Assembly (NCBI GenBank): GCA_964016885.1
Contig: OZ024743.1
Span: forward strand, 62,496,001-62,560,000
Length of the DNA: 64,000 nt
Direction of reading: 5' to 3'
Source of the DNA: Eledone cirrhosa
Taxonomy: Eukaryota
Shown: one piece after another, positions 1-11,889 of the stretch
Layout of the letters: each line of letters starts with the position of its first letter
Position numbering within the stretch: position 1 is the stretch's first letter
Program-made: the position numbers and the translations under genes
The notes under the pieces: model-generated
What the model saw: the letters and a program-made list of their open reading frames with translations, nothing else
Told to the model about the DNA's origin: nothing
The model's database searches: none

Positions 1-1862
1 ATACAGGTACACATACATATATGCACACATCAGTTTAGCGGACGCTTATTATAACGCCGCTTTGTTCGTTTGTAAACAAACTGAACAGCCTGAATTTATG
101 CCATACGGTGTTAAGGCAACCACGTCACCTTTTTTTTCAACACTGACACAGGAACGATGTACTAGTTTCAAGCTTGTTAGCTATCATCAGCACCGTTTAC
201 CCATCTGCCAGATAGTTGAACGTTCGAAAGTATATACTTTCCTTATGAAAATTAACGGCTGAGCAGCCTAATTTGCATATTGAGTGAGTTTAATCGGTCA
301 GGCATACCGAAAACGATAAGTTGAAAAAAATGAAAACGAAATTTCATTTCTCACTCTTAGTATGGCACTTACTTAAATGTAAGTATGTATGTATACGTAC
401 ATACATATATGTATACAGACGTACAGTAGCATGCATATATATATATATATATATATACATACATATACATATATACATACAGGTACACATACATATATGC
501 ACACATCAGTTTAGCGGACGCTTATTATAACGCCGCTTTGTTCGTTTGTAAACAAACTGAACAGCCTGAATTTATGCCATACGGTGTTAAGGCAACCACG
601 TCACCTTTTTTTTTCAACACTGACACAGGAACGATGTACTAGTTTCAAGCTTGTTAGCTATCATCAGCACCGTTTACCCATCTGCCAGATAGTTGAACGT
701 TCGAAAGTATATACTTTCCTTATGAAAATTAACGGCTGAGCAGCCTAATTTGCATATTGAGTGAGTTAAATCGGTCAGGCATACCGAAAACGATAAGTTG
801 AAAAAAATGAAAACGAAATTTCATTTCTCACTCTTAGTATGGCACTTACTTAAATGTAAGTATGTATGTATACGTACATACATATATGTATACAGACGTA
901 CAGTAGCATGCATATATATATATATATATATATACATACATATACATATATACATACAGGTACACATACATATATGCACACATCAGTTTAGCGGACGCTT
1001 ATTATAACGCCGCTTTGTTCGTTTGTAAACAAACTGAACAGCCTGAATTTATGCCATACGGTGTTAAGGCAACCACGTCACCTTTTTTTTCAACACTGAC
1101 ACAGGAACGATGTACTAGTTTCAAGCTTGTTAGCTATCATCAGCACCGTTTACCCATCTGCCAGATAGTTGAACGTTCGAAAGTATATACTTTCCTTATG
1201 AAAATTAACGGCTGAGCAGCCTAATTTGCATATTGAGTGAGTTAAATCGGTCAGGCATACCGAAAACGATAAGTTGAAAAAAATGAAAACGAAATTTCAT
1301 TTCTCACTCTTAGTATGGCACTTACTTAAATGTAAGTATGTATGTATACGTACATACATATATGTATACAGACGTACAGTAGCATGCATATATATATATA
1401 TATATATATATACATACATATACATATATACATACAGGTACACATACATATATGCACACATCAGTTTAGCGGACGCTTATTATAACGCCGCTTTGTTCGT
1501 TTGTAAACAAACTGAACAGCCTGAATTTATGCCATACGGTGTTAAGGCAACCACGTCACCTTTTTTTTCAACACTGACACAGGAACGATGTACTAGTTTC
1601 AAGCTTGTTAGCTATCATCAGCACCGTTTACCCATCTGCCAGATAGTTGAACGTTCGAAAGTATATACTTTCCTTATGAAAATTAACGGCTGAGCAGCCT
1701 AATTTGCATATTGAGTGAGTTAAATCGGTCAGGCATACCGAAAACGATAAGTTGAAAAAAATGAAAACGAAATTTCATTTCTCACTCTTAGTATGGCACT
1801 TACTTAAATGTAAGTATGTATGTATACGTACATACATATATGTATACAGACGTACAGTAGCA

Positions 1863-1902
<40 letters not shown>

Positions 1903-3121
1903 CATATACATATATACATACAGGTACACATACATATATGCACACATCAGTTTAGCGGACGCTTATTATAACGCCGCTTTGTTCGTTTGTAAACAAACTG
2001 AACAGCCTGAATTTATGCCATACGGTGTTAAGGCAACCACGTCACCTTTTTTTTCAACACTGACACAGGAACGATGTACTAGTTTCAAGCTTGTTAGCTA
2101 TCATCAGCACCGTTTACCCATCTGCCAGATAGTTGAACGTTCGAAAGTATATACTTTCCTTATGAAAATTAACGGCTGAGCAGCCTAATTTGCATATTGA
2201 GTGAGTTAAATCGGTCAGGCATACCGAAAACGATAAGTTGAAAAAAATGAAAACGAAATTTCATTTCTCACTCTTAGTATGGCACTTACTTAAATGTAAG
2301 TATGTATGTATACGTACATACATATATGTATACAGACGTACAGTAGCATGCATATATATATATATATATATATACATACATATACATATATACATACAGG
2401 TACACATACATATATGCACACATCAGTTTAGCGGACGCTTATTATAACGCCGCTTTGTTCGTTTGTAAACAAACTGAACAGCCTGAATTTATGCCATACG
2501 GTGTTAAGGCAACCACGTCACCTTTTTTTTCAACACTGACACAGGAACGATGTACTAGTTTCAAGCTTGTTAGCTATCATCAGCACCGTTTACCCATCTG
2601 CCAGATAGTTGAACGTTCGAAAGTATATACTTTCCTTATGAAAATTAACGGCTGAGCAGCCTAATTTGCATATTGAGTGAGTTAAATCGGTCAGGCATAC
2701 CGAAAACGATAAGTTGAAAAAATGAAAACGAAATTTCATTTCTCACTCTTAGTATGGCACTTACTTAAATGTAAGTATGTATGTATACGTACATACATAT
2801 ATGTATACAGACGTACAGTAGCATGCATATATATATATATATATATATACATACATATACATATATACATACAGGTACACATACATATATGCACACATCA
2901 GTTTAGCGGACGCTTATTATAACGCCGCTTTGTTCGTTTGTAAACAAACTGAACAGCCTGAATTTATGCCATACGGTGTTAAGGCAACCACGTCACCTTT
3001 TTTTTTGCAACACTGACACAGGAACGATGTACTAGTTTCAAGCTTGTTAGCTATCATCAGCACCGTTTACCCATCTGCCAGATAGTTGAACGTTCGAAAG
3101 TATATACTTTCCTTATGAAAA
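1..3121 (-). repeat. Left arm of ~476-bp tandem array (~6.5 units, runs off window start); hammerhead-bearing strand is minus
   Basis: Near-identical units recur every 476-486 bp (HHR at 153, 630, 1106, 1584, 2070, 2546, 3023). They differ mainly in (TA)n and homopolymer length. Confidence 0.97.
153..197 (-). ncRNA. Minimal type I hammerhead ribozyme (representative of 7 left-arm copies)
   Basis: Minus strand reads AACGGTG-CTGATGA-tAGCTaacaAGCTt-GAAA-CTAG-TA^CATCGTT: stem I AACGGTG/CATCGTT, intact core, stem II, and a palindromic ACTAGT minimal stem III. Confidence 0.88.
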
Positions 3122-3457
3122 AAAAAAAAAGGTGACGTGGTTGCCTTAACACCGTATGGCATAAATTCAGGCTGTTCAGTTTGTTTACAAACGAACAAAG
3201 CGGCGTTATAATAAGCGTCCGCTAAACTGATGTGTGCATATATGTATGTGTACCTGTATGTATATATGTATATGTATGTATATATATATATATATATATA
3301 TGCATGCTACTGTACGTCTGTATACATATATGTATGTACGTATACATACATACTTACATTTAAGTAAGTGCCATACTAAGAGTGAGAAATGAAATTTCGT
3401 TTTCATTTTTTTCAACTTATCGTTTTCGGTATGCCTGACCGATTTAACTCACTCAAT

Positions 3458-3518
3458 ATGCAAATTAGGCTGCTCAGCCGTTAATTTTCATAAGGAAAGT
3501 ATATACTTTCGAACGTTC
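3458..3518 (+). promoter_or_regulatory. Candidate internal promoter module of the 476-bp unit: octamer ATGCAAAT plus palindrome GAAAGTATATACTTTC upstream of the HHR
   Basis: Octamer at 3458-3465 is also kept in the diverged copies at ~16772, 17217, 19952 and 20389. A perfect 16-bp palindrome lies at 3495-3510. Function is inferred. Confidence 0.3.
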
Positions 3519-3538
3519 AACTATCTGGCAGATGGGTA

Positions 3539-3583
3539 AACGGTGCTGATGATAGCTAACAAGCTTGAAACTAGTACATCGTT
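3539..3583 (+). ncRNA. Minimal type I hammerhead ribozyme (representative of 9 right-arm copies); predicted cleavage after GUA at 3576
   Basis: AACGGTG CTGATGA TAGCTAACAAGCTT GAAA CTAG TA CATCGTT, the same motif as in the left arm. Confidence 0.88.
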
Positions 3584-5176
3584 CCTGTGTCAGTGTTGAA
3601 AAAAAAGGTGACGTGGTTGCCTTAACACCGTATGGCATAAATTCAGGCTGTTCAGTTTGTTTACAAACGAACAAAGCGGCGTTATAATAAGCGTCCGCTA
3701 AACTGATGTGTGCATATATGTATGTGTACCTGTATGTATATATGTATATGTATGTATATATATATATATATATATATGCATGCTACTGTACGTCTGTATA
3801 CATATATGTATGTACGTATACATACATACTTACATTTAAGTAAGTGCCATACTAAGAGTGAGAAATGAAATTTCGTTTTCATTTTTTTCAACTTATCGTT
3901 TTCGGTATGCCTGACCGATTTAACTCACTCAATATGCAAATTAGGCTGCTCAGCCGTTAATTTTCATAAGGAAAGTATATACTTTCGAACGTTCAACTAT
4001 CTGGCAGATGGGTAAACGGTGCTGATGATAGCTAACAAGCTTGAAACTAGTACATCGTTCCTGTGTCAGTGTTGAAAAGAAAGGTGACGTGGTTGCCTTA
4101 ACACCGTATGGCATAAATTCAGGCTGTTCAGTTTGTTTACAAACGAACAAAGCGGCGTTATAATAAGCGTCCGCTAAACTGATGTGTGCATATATGTATG
4201 TGTACCTGTATGTATATATGTATATGTATGTATATATATATATATATATATGCATGCTACTGTACGTCTGTATACATATATGTATGTACGTATACATACA
4301 TACTTACATTTAAGTAAGTGCCATACTAAGAGTGAGAAATGAAATTTCGTTTTCATTTTTTTCAACTTATCGTTTTCGGTATGCCTGACCGATTTAACTC
4401 ACTCAATATGCAAATTAGGCTGCTCAGCCGTTAATTTTCATAAGGAAAGTATATACTTTCGAACGTTCAACTATCTGGCAGATGGGTAAACGGTGCTGAT
4501 GATAGCTAACAAGCTTGAAACTAGTACATCGTTCCTGTGTCAGTGTTGAAAAAAAAGGTGACGTGGTTGCCTTAACACCGTATGGCATAAATTCAGGCTG
4601 TTCAGTTTGTTTACAAACGAACAAAGCGGCGTTATAATAAGCGTCCGCTAAACTGATGTGTGCATATATGTATGTGTACCTGTATGTATATATGTATATG
4701 TATGTATATATATATATATATATATATGCATGCTACTGTACGTCTGTATACATATATGTATGTACGTATACATACATACTTACATTTAAGTAAGTGCCAT
4801 ACTAAGAGTGAGAAATGAAATTTCGTTTTCATTTTTTTCAACTTATCGTTTTCGGTATGCCTGACCGATTTAACTCACTCAATATGCAAATTAGGCTGCT
4901 CAGCCGTTAATTTTCATAAGGAAAGTATATACTTTCGAACGTTCAACTATCTGGCAGATGGGTAAACGGTGCTGATGATAGCTAACAAGCTTGAAACTAG
5001 TACATCGTTCCTGTGTCAGTGTTGAAAAAAAAGGTGACGTGGTTGCCTTAACACCGTATGGCATAAATTCAGGCTGTTCAGTTTGTTTACAAACGAACAA
5101 AGCGGCGTTATAATAAGCGTCCGCTAAACTGATGTGTGCATATATGTATGTGTACCTGTATGTATATATGTATATG

Positions 5177-5207
<31 letters not shown>

Positions 5208-6456
5208 GCATGCTACTGTACGTCTGTATACATATATGTATGTACGTATACATACATACTTACATTTAAGTAAGTGCCATACTAAGAGTGAGAAATGAAA
5301 TTTCGTTTTCATTTTTTTCAACTTATCGTTTTCGGTATGCCTGACCGATTTAACTCACTCAATATGCAAATTAGGCTGCTCAGCCGTTAATTTTCATAAG
5401 GAAAGTATATACTTTCGAACGTTCAACTATCTGGCAGATGGGTAAACGGTGCTGATGATAGCTAACAAGCTTGAAACTAGTACATCGTTCCTGTGTCAGT
5501 GTTGAAAAAAAAGGTGACGTGGTTGCCTTAACACCGTATGGCATAAATTCAGGCTGTTCAGTTTGTTTACAAACGAACAAAGCGGCGTTATAATAAGCGT
5601 CCGCTAAACTGATGTGTGCATATATGTATGTGTACCTGTATGTATATATGTATATGTATGTATATATATATATATATATATATGCATGCTACTGTACGTC
5701 TGTATACATATATGTATGTACGTATACATACATACTTACATTTAAGTAAGTGCCATACTAAGAGTGAGAAATGAAATTTCGTTTTCATTTTTTTCAACTT
5801 ATCGTTTTCGGTATGCCTGACCGATTTAACTCACTCAATATGCAAATTAGGCTGCTCAGCCGTTAATTTTCATAAGGAAAGTATATACTTTCGAACGTTC
5901 AACTATCTGGCAGATGGGTAAACGGTGCTGATGATAGCTAACAAGCTTGAAACTAGTACATCGTTCCTGTGTCAGTGTTGAAAAAAAAGGTGACGTGGTT
6001 GCCTTAACACCGTATGGCATAAATTCAGGCTGTTCAGTTTGTTTACAAACGAACAAAGCGGCGTTATAATAAGCGTCCGCTAAACTGATGTGTGCATATA
6101 TGTATGTGTACCTGTATGTATATATGTATATGTATGTATATATATATATATATATATATGCATGCTACTGTACGTCTGTATACATATATGTATGTACGTA
6201 TACATACATACTTACATTTAAGTAAGTGCCATACTAAGAGTGAGAAATGAAATTTCGTTTTCATTTTTTTCAACTTATCGTTTTCGGTATGCCTGACCGA
6301 TTTAACTCACTCAATATGCAAATTAGGCTGCTCAGCCGTTAATTTTCATAAGGAAAGTATATACTTTCGAACGTTCAACTATCTGGCAGATGGGTAAACG
6401 GTGCTGATGATAGCTAACAAGCTTGAAACTAGTACATCGTTCCTGTGTCAGTGTTG

Positions 6457-6488
<32 letters not shown>

Positions 6489-6630
6489 TGACGTGGTTGC
6501 CTTAACACCGTATGGCATAAATTCAGGCTGTTCAGTTTGTTTACAAACGAACAAAGCGGCGTTATAATAAGCGTCCGCTAAACTGATGTGTGCATATATG
6601 TATGTGTACCTGTATGTATATATGTATATG

Positions 6631-6661
<31 letters not shown>

Positions 6662-7731
6662 GCATGCTACTGTACGTCTGTATACATATATGTATGTACG
6701 TATACATACATACTTACATTTAAGTAAGTGCCATACTAAGAGTGAGAAATGAAATTTCGTTTTCATTTTTTTCAACTTATCGTTTTCGGTATGCCTGACC
6801 GATTTAACTCACTCAATATGCAAATTAGGCTGCTCAGCCGTTAATTTTCATAAGGAAAGTATATACTTTCGAACGTTCAACTATCTGGCAGATGGGTAAA
6901 CGGTGCTGATGATAGCTAACAAGCTTGAAACTAGTACATCGTTCCTGTGTCAGTGTTGAAAAAAAAGGTGACGTGGTTGCCTTAACACCGTATGGCATAA
7001 ATTCAGGCTGTTCAGTTTGTTTACAAACGAACAAAGCGGCGTTATAATAAGCGTCCGCTAAACTGATGTGTGCATATATGTATGTGTACCTGTATGTATA
7101 TATGTATATGTATGTATATATATATATATATATATATGCATGCTACTGTACGTCTGTATACATATATGTATGTACGTATACATACATACTTACATTTAAG
7201 TAAGTGCCATACTAAGAGTGAGAAATGAAATTTCGTTTTCATTTTTTTCAACTTATCGTTTTCGGTATGCCTGACCGATTTAACTCACTCAATATGCAAA
7301 TTAGGCTGCTCAGCCGTTAATTTTCATAAGGAAAGTATATACTTTCGAACGTTCAACTATCTGGCAGATGGGTAAACGGTGCTGATGATAGCTAACAAGC
7401 TTGAAACTAGTACATCGTTCCTGTGTCAGTGTTGAACAAAAAGGTGACGTGGTTGCCTTAACACCGTATGGCATAAATTCAGGCTGTTCAGTTTGTTTAC
7501 AAACGAACAAAGCGGCGTTATAATAAGCGTCCGCTAAACTGATGTGTGCATATATGTATGTGTACCTGTATGTATATATGTATATGTATGTATATATATA
7601 TATATATATATATGCATGCTACTGTACGTCTGTATACATATATGTATGTACGTATACATACATACTTACATTTAAGTAAGTGCCATACTAAGAGTGAGAA
7701 ATGAAATTTCGTTTTCATTTTTTTTCAACTT

Positions 7732-7992
<261 letters not shown>

Positions 7993-8112
7993 AGGATGTG
8001 AGTAATAGTGTAGAACAATAAAACTATGCATATATCAGATAAGTAGCACTCAATAGTTGGTAGAACTGGAGTATAAATCAATAAGTTAAAAGGTGGTTAA
8101 AAAAGTTCCATG

Positions 8113-8182
8113 TATTTTATTATGCGCATTTCGAAAACAACAGCATCCTGGGACAAAAATTGTGTTCTCATCAGATAAAATA
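8113..8182 (-). ncRNA. Type I hammerhead ribozyme in a PLE-like terminal repeat (family also at 18.1-18.5 kb)
   Basis: Minus strand: TATTTTAT-CTGATGA-gaac...ttttc-GAAA-TGCGCA-TA-ATAAAATA, with an 8-bp stem I and a palindromic TGCGCA loop III. Confidence 0.75.
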
Positions 8183-8715
8183 AGGTAACATAATATGAGG
8201 CCTAAAAACACTTGTGAACAAGAAAGTGTTCAGTCTACATATGACAAAAATATAAGAGAAGAGAAAAAAATAGGAAAAATGAAGAAAAGGAAAGAGGAAG
8301 GAAAAAGGAAAACAGAAATAGAGGAGGAAAAAAGAAAGAAAGTAGGAGGAGAGAGAAAAAGAAAAAGAGAGAGAGAGATCCTTTTGATCAAGAACGCTGT
8401 CAAAAATGAAAAAACAGCTGTGAATAACGGCTAAAAAATAATTAAAAAATATAATAAAAATAAATAAATAAATTAATTAATGAGGTGAATGTGCTAATAT
8501 TACAAATATTAGATGTCTAGGATATAGAAACTGGGTATATTATTTAATATTGAGTTTGAATACTAAAAATTGGATTAAGAAGTGTAAACATGTATTAATA
8601 AAAAATAAAATAAAATAAAATAAAATAAGATTAAATAAAAAATTAAATTTTAAATAGTTATAATAATTATTTTAAAAAAAGTTTTTTTTTAAAATAAAAT
8701 AAAATAAAATAAAAT

Positions 8716-8960
8716 AATCTAGATACCGGTCTTTATTATCCTTACCATAAGGATAATGAGAACCTAAATTATGTTAACTTTAAATCAAACCACTCTAATA
8801 ATGTTAAAACTACTATAGTCAGAAATGTTGAAAAAATAATTTCTAATGTATCCTCTAATAAACATATCTTCGATGCTAATGCCAACTATTATAATAATGC
8901 ATTATCTAGGGCTGGATATCCAGACAAAATTAAATACACTAAGGAAACTAATCTTGGCAG
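8716..8960 (+). pseudogene. Penelope-like RT thumb fragment
   Basis: Manual translation NLDTGLYYPYHKDNENLNYVNFKSNH...NALSRAGYPDKIKY is homologous to the C-terminus of ORF 28444-29316. Confidence 0.8.
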
Positions 8961-9027
8961 AACTTATAGTAATGTAGCTAGTTATAAGCATACCAGTAAC
9001 ATAAAGAGGAGACCTAGATTGTTACAT

Positions 9028-9211
9028 AGGAGAGAATGTTACATAATGTAATGTTCCATATATTGGTATTTCACTATGGTGTCCTGGGTGTATCAATTGT
9101 TAGCCATAATCAAGCAGTATTCATCTGTAGAGGCAGCATTGTGTGAGATCTGCCTATCAACATAGTGAAATACCAATATATGGAACATTACATTATGTAA
9201 CATTCTCTCCT
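9028..9211. repeat. Perfect 51-bp inverted repeat with 82-nt spacer
   Basis: 9028-9078 is the reverse complement of 9161-9211. Confidence 0.9.
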
Positions 9212-9502
9212 TATTTTAATTTATATTCCTTTGAAGTTCCGATGAGCCGGTCTGTCTTTAAATATGTTAATTATTTTCAACTGAACCAGATCAATAATGA
9301 TATATAGTCATTTGATCCAGAAATATTATATGGAGTAGCGAAAGAATTGTAAACGGACATTATTATTATTAATATTATTATTATTATTCTCTACATTCCT
9401 TACATCAAACTAAAATATGTTGACAATCTTTTAATAATGTCTTCCTTGTGAAATTTGTGGTCTTGTTTTGCTTAACTAATGAATATATATATATACATAT
9501 GC

Positions 9503-9563
<61 letters not shown>

Positions 9564-9744
9564 ATATTTGCATTGCTTTATTGTGCTACAATAAAACTCA
9601 CCTCCTACATATACACACACATATATATATATATAAATACATATGCATATATATACATATACATATATATACATATATATATACATATGCATATATATAC
9701 ATATACATATATATACATATACATATACATATATATACATATAC

Positions 9745-9778
<34 letters not shown>

Positions 9779-9782
9779 TTAC

Positions 9783-9875
<93 letters not shown>

Positions 9876-9926
9876 CATATATATATATACATATATATAT
9901 ATACATATATATATACATATATATAC

Positions 9927-10032
<106 letters not shown>

Positions 10033-10228
10033 TTTCTGAATTTGTTTAGCAAGATTCTTTATCTGAAAACGTGTGTTGAAACCGATATTGTTATACTTTG
10101 GGAGGGTCATGTTGCCAATAAGAAACACACGCACCAGGTGCTTTCACTCAAATTTATTATAAATTAAATTTATAAATTTCCGGTTGGTTGGTTGGTTGGT
10201 TCCACAACCGGACAGTTGTTCATATATT

Positions 10229-10271
10229 GTCAAAGTTCTTTCGTCACATATTCTGTGACCTCTTCAGTGAC
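10229..10271 (-). ncRNA. Minimal hammerhead ribozyme (inverted terminal repeat copy)
   Basis: GTCA-CTGAAGA-gGTCAC..GTGAC-GAAA-GAAC-TT-TGAC. Confidence 0.65.
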
Positions 10272-10373
10272 TGGGGATTCTTTTCTTTGTTTTGTGCCTC
10301 TCCTTTGTTCTGTCCTACGCCATCTTGTTTTTGTGTGTGTTGTGTGCTTAGTTTGCGCATGTGTTACATCCGG

Positions 10374-10405
<32 letters not shown>

Positions 10406-10627
10406 TTTTATTTGTTTATTTATTTGTTTATTTACATGCTACTGGTTGGTTGTTTGTTCTATGTGTGTGTGTGTTTTCATTTTGTCCTTAATTGTAAGTT
10501 GTGATGTTGCTATTCCATTCATGTTTTCTATATAGAAAACATGAATGGAATAGTAACATCACAAAAGTAAAATAAGATAGGGTACATTAAAAAATAATAA
10601 GAAGAAAATGAGGAAATGGAGAATACA

Positions 10628-10658
<31 letters not shown>

Positions 10659-10872
10659 GTGAGAGAGCGTACGTAGAATTAGATTTTAGTAGTTTTTGAG
10701 GAAGTGTTTTTTGACGCTAACATGAGAAACCAGATTTGAGATGTAGATAAATTTGTGTGGAGGGTCCGATAGAAGAAAATAAAATAAATTAGAGATTAAT
10801 TGATGTATACTTGTATGATATTTATGGGCTGACAGGGCGTTTGATAAACGTTTGTTGTAGATGTTTTGCTGA

Positions 10873-11298
10873 TTGTTCTATTTTAATGAGACATACCCTT
10901 TTCAAAGACCCTCATGTATAGATAAGAAATGTATAACCTGTAAAATAAGCCCCCATATTAACTGTAAAACTAGAAATGTAGTGTATAGCATAAGATGTAC
11001 TGAAGGACAATGTAGAGACAAAAATATAGTGTACATAGGTGAGACAGCTCGTAGTGTAGGGGAAAGGATAAATGAACACTGGCGAGACCTTCAAGATAAT
11101 AAAGAATCATCTGTACTCTACCAACATGCTAAGATAGAACACAAGGGTAAATTAGAGAACATAGAAATAAAAATAGAATCTACACACAGAAAAGACGCAA
11201 TGTTTAGACAAATTACAGAGGCAATAAACATAAAAGAATTACAACCAAAATTAAATAGAAAATATGAGTGGAACACCAACATCACAACTTACAATTAA
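10873..11298 (+). pseudogene. GIY-YIG endonuclease domain of a Penelope-like element
   Basis: CxxC..C-x-T-x-NVVYSIRC...VYIGETARSVGERINEH...R..TEA..I....PKLNRK motifs; 5'-truncated. Confidence 0.9.
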
Positions 11299-11498
11299 GG
11301 ACAAAATGAAACACACACGCACATAGAACAAACAACCAACCGGTAACATGTAAATAAACAAATAAATAAATGAACATAAACACACACAGACACCCGGATG
11401 TGGCGCATGCGCAGACTGAGCACACAACACACACACAGAAACAAAATGGCGTAGGACAGAACAAAGGAGAGGCACAGAAACAAAGAAAGGAATCCCCA

Positions 11499-11541
11499 GT
11501 CACTGAAGAGGTCACAGAGTGTGTGACGAAAGAACTATGAC
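11499..11541 (+). ncRNA. Minimal hammerhead ribozyme downstream of GIY-YIG ORF
   Basis: GTCA-CTGAAGA-gGTCACagagtgtGTGAC-GAAA-GAAC-TA-TGAC, in the sense orientation and position expected for a PLE terminal-repeat HHR. Confidence 0.75.
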
Positions 11542-11692
11542 AATATATAAACAACTATCTGGTTGTGGAACCAACCAACCAACCAGAAATTTATAAATTT
11601 ATAAATTTATAAATTTATAAATATATAATAAATTGAAGTGAAAGCAACTGGTGCGTGTGTTTCTTATTGGCAACATGACACTCCCAAAGTAT

Positions 11693-11822
<130 letters not shown>

Positions 11823-11889
11823 GTATATATATATATATATGTATATATATATGTATATATATATATATATATATACATATGTATGTGGT

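Noticed and set aside
62-7718. Repeated 66-139-aa ORFs (MFVCKQ..., MKKMKT...) in the 476-bp unit
   Set aside because: Their frames shift with (TA)n length between units, most use non-ATG starts, they lie antisense to the HHR, and they show no domain similarity.
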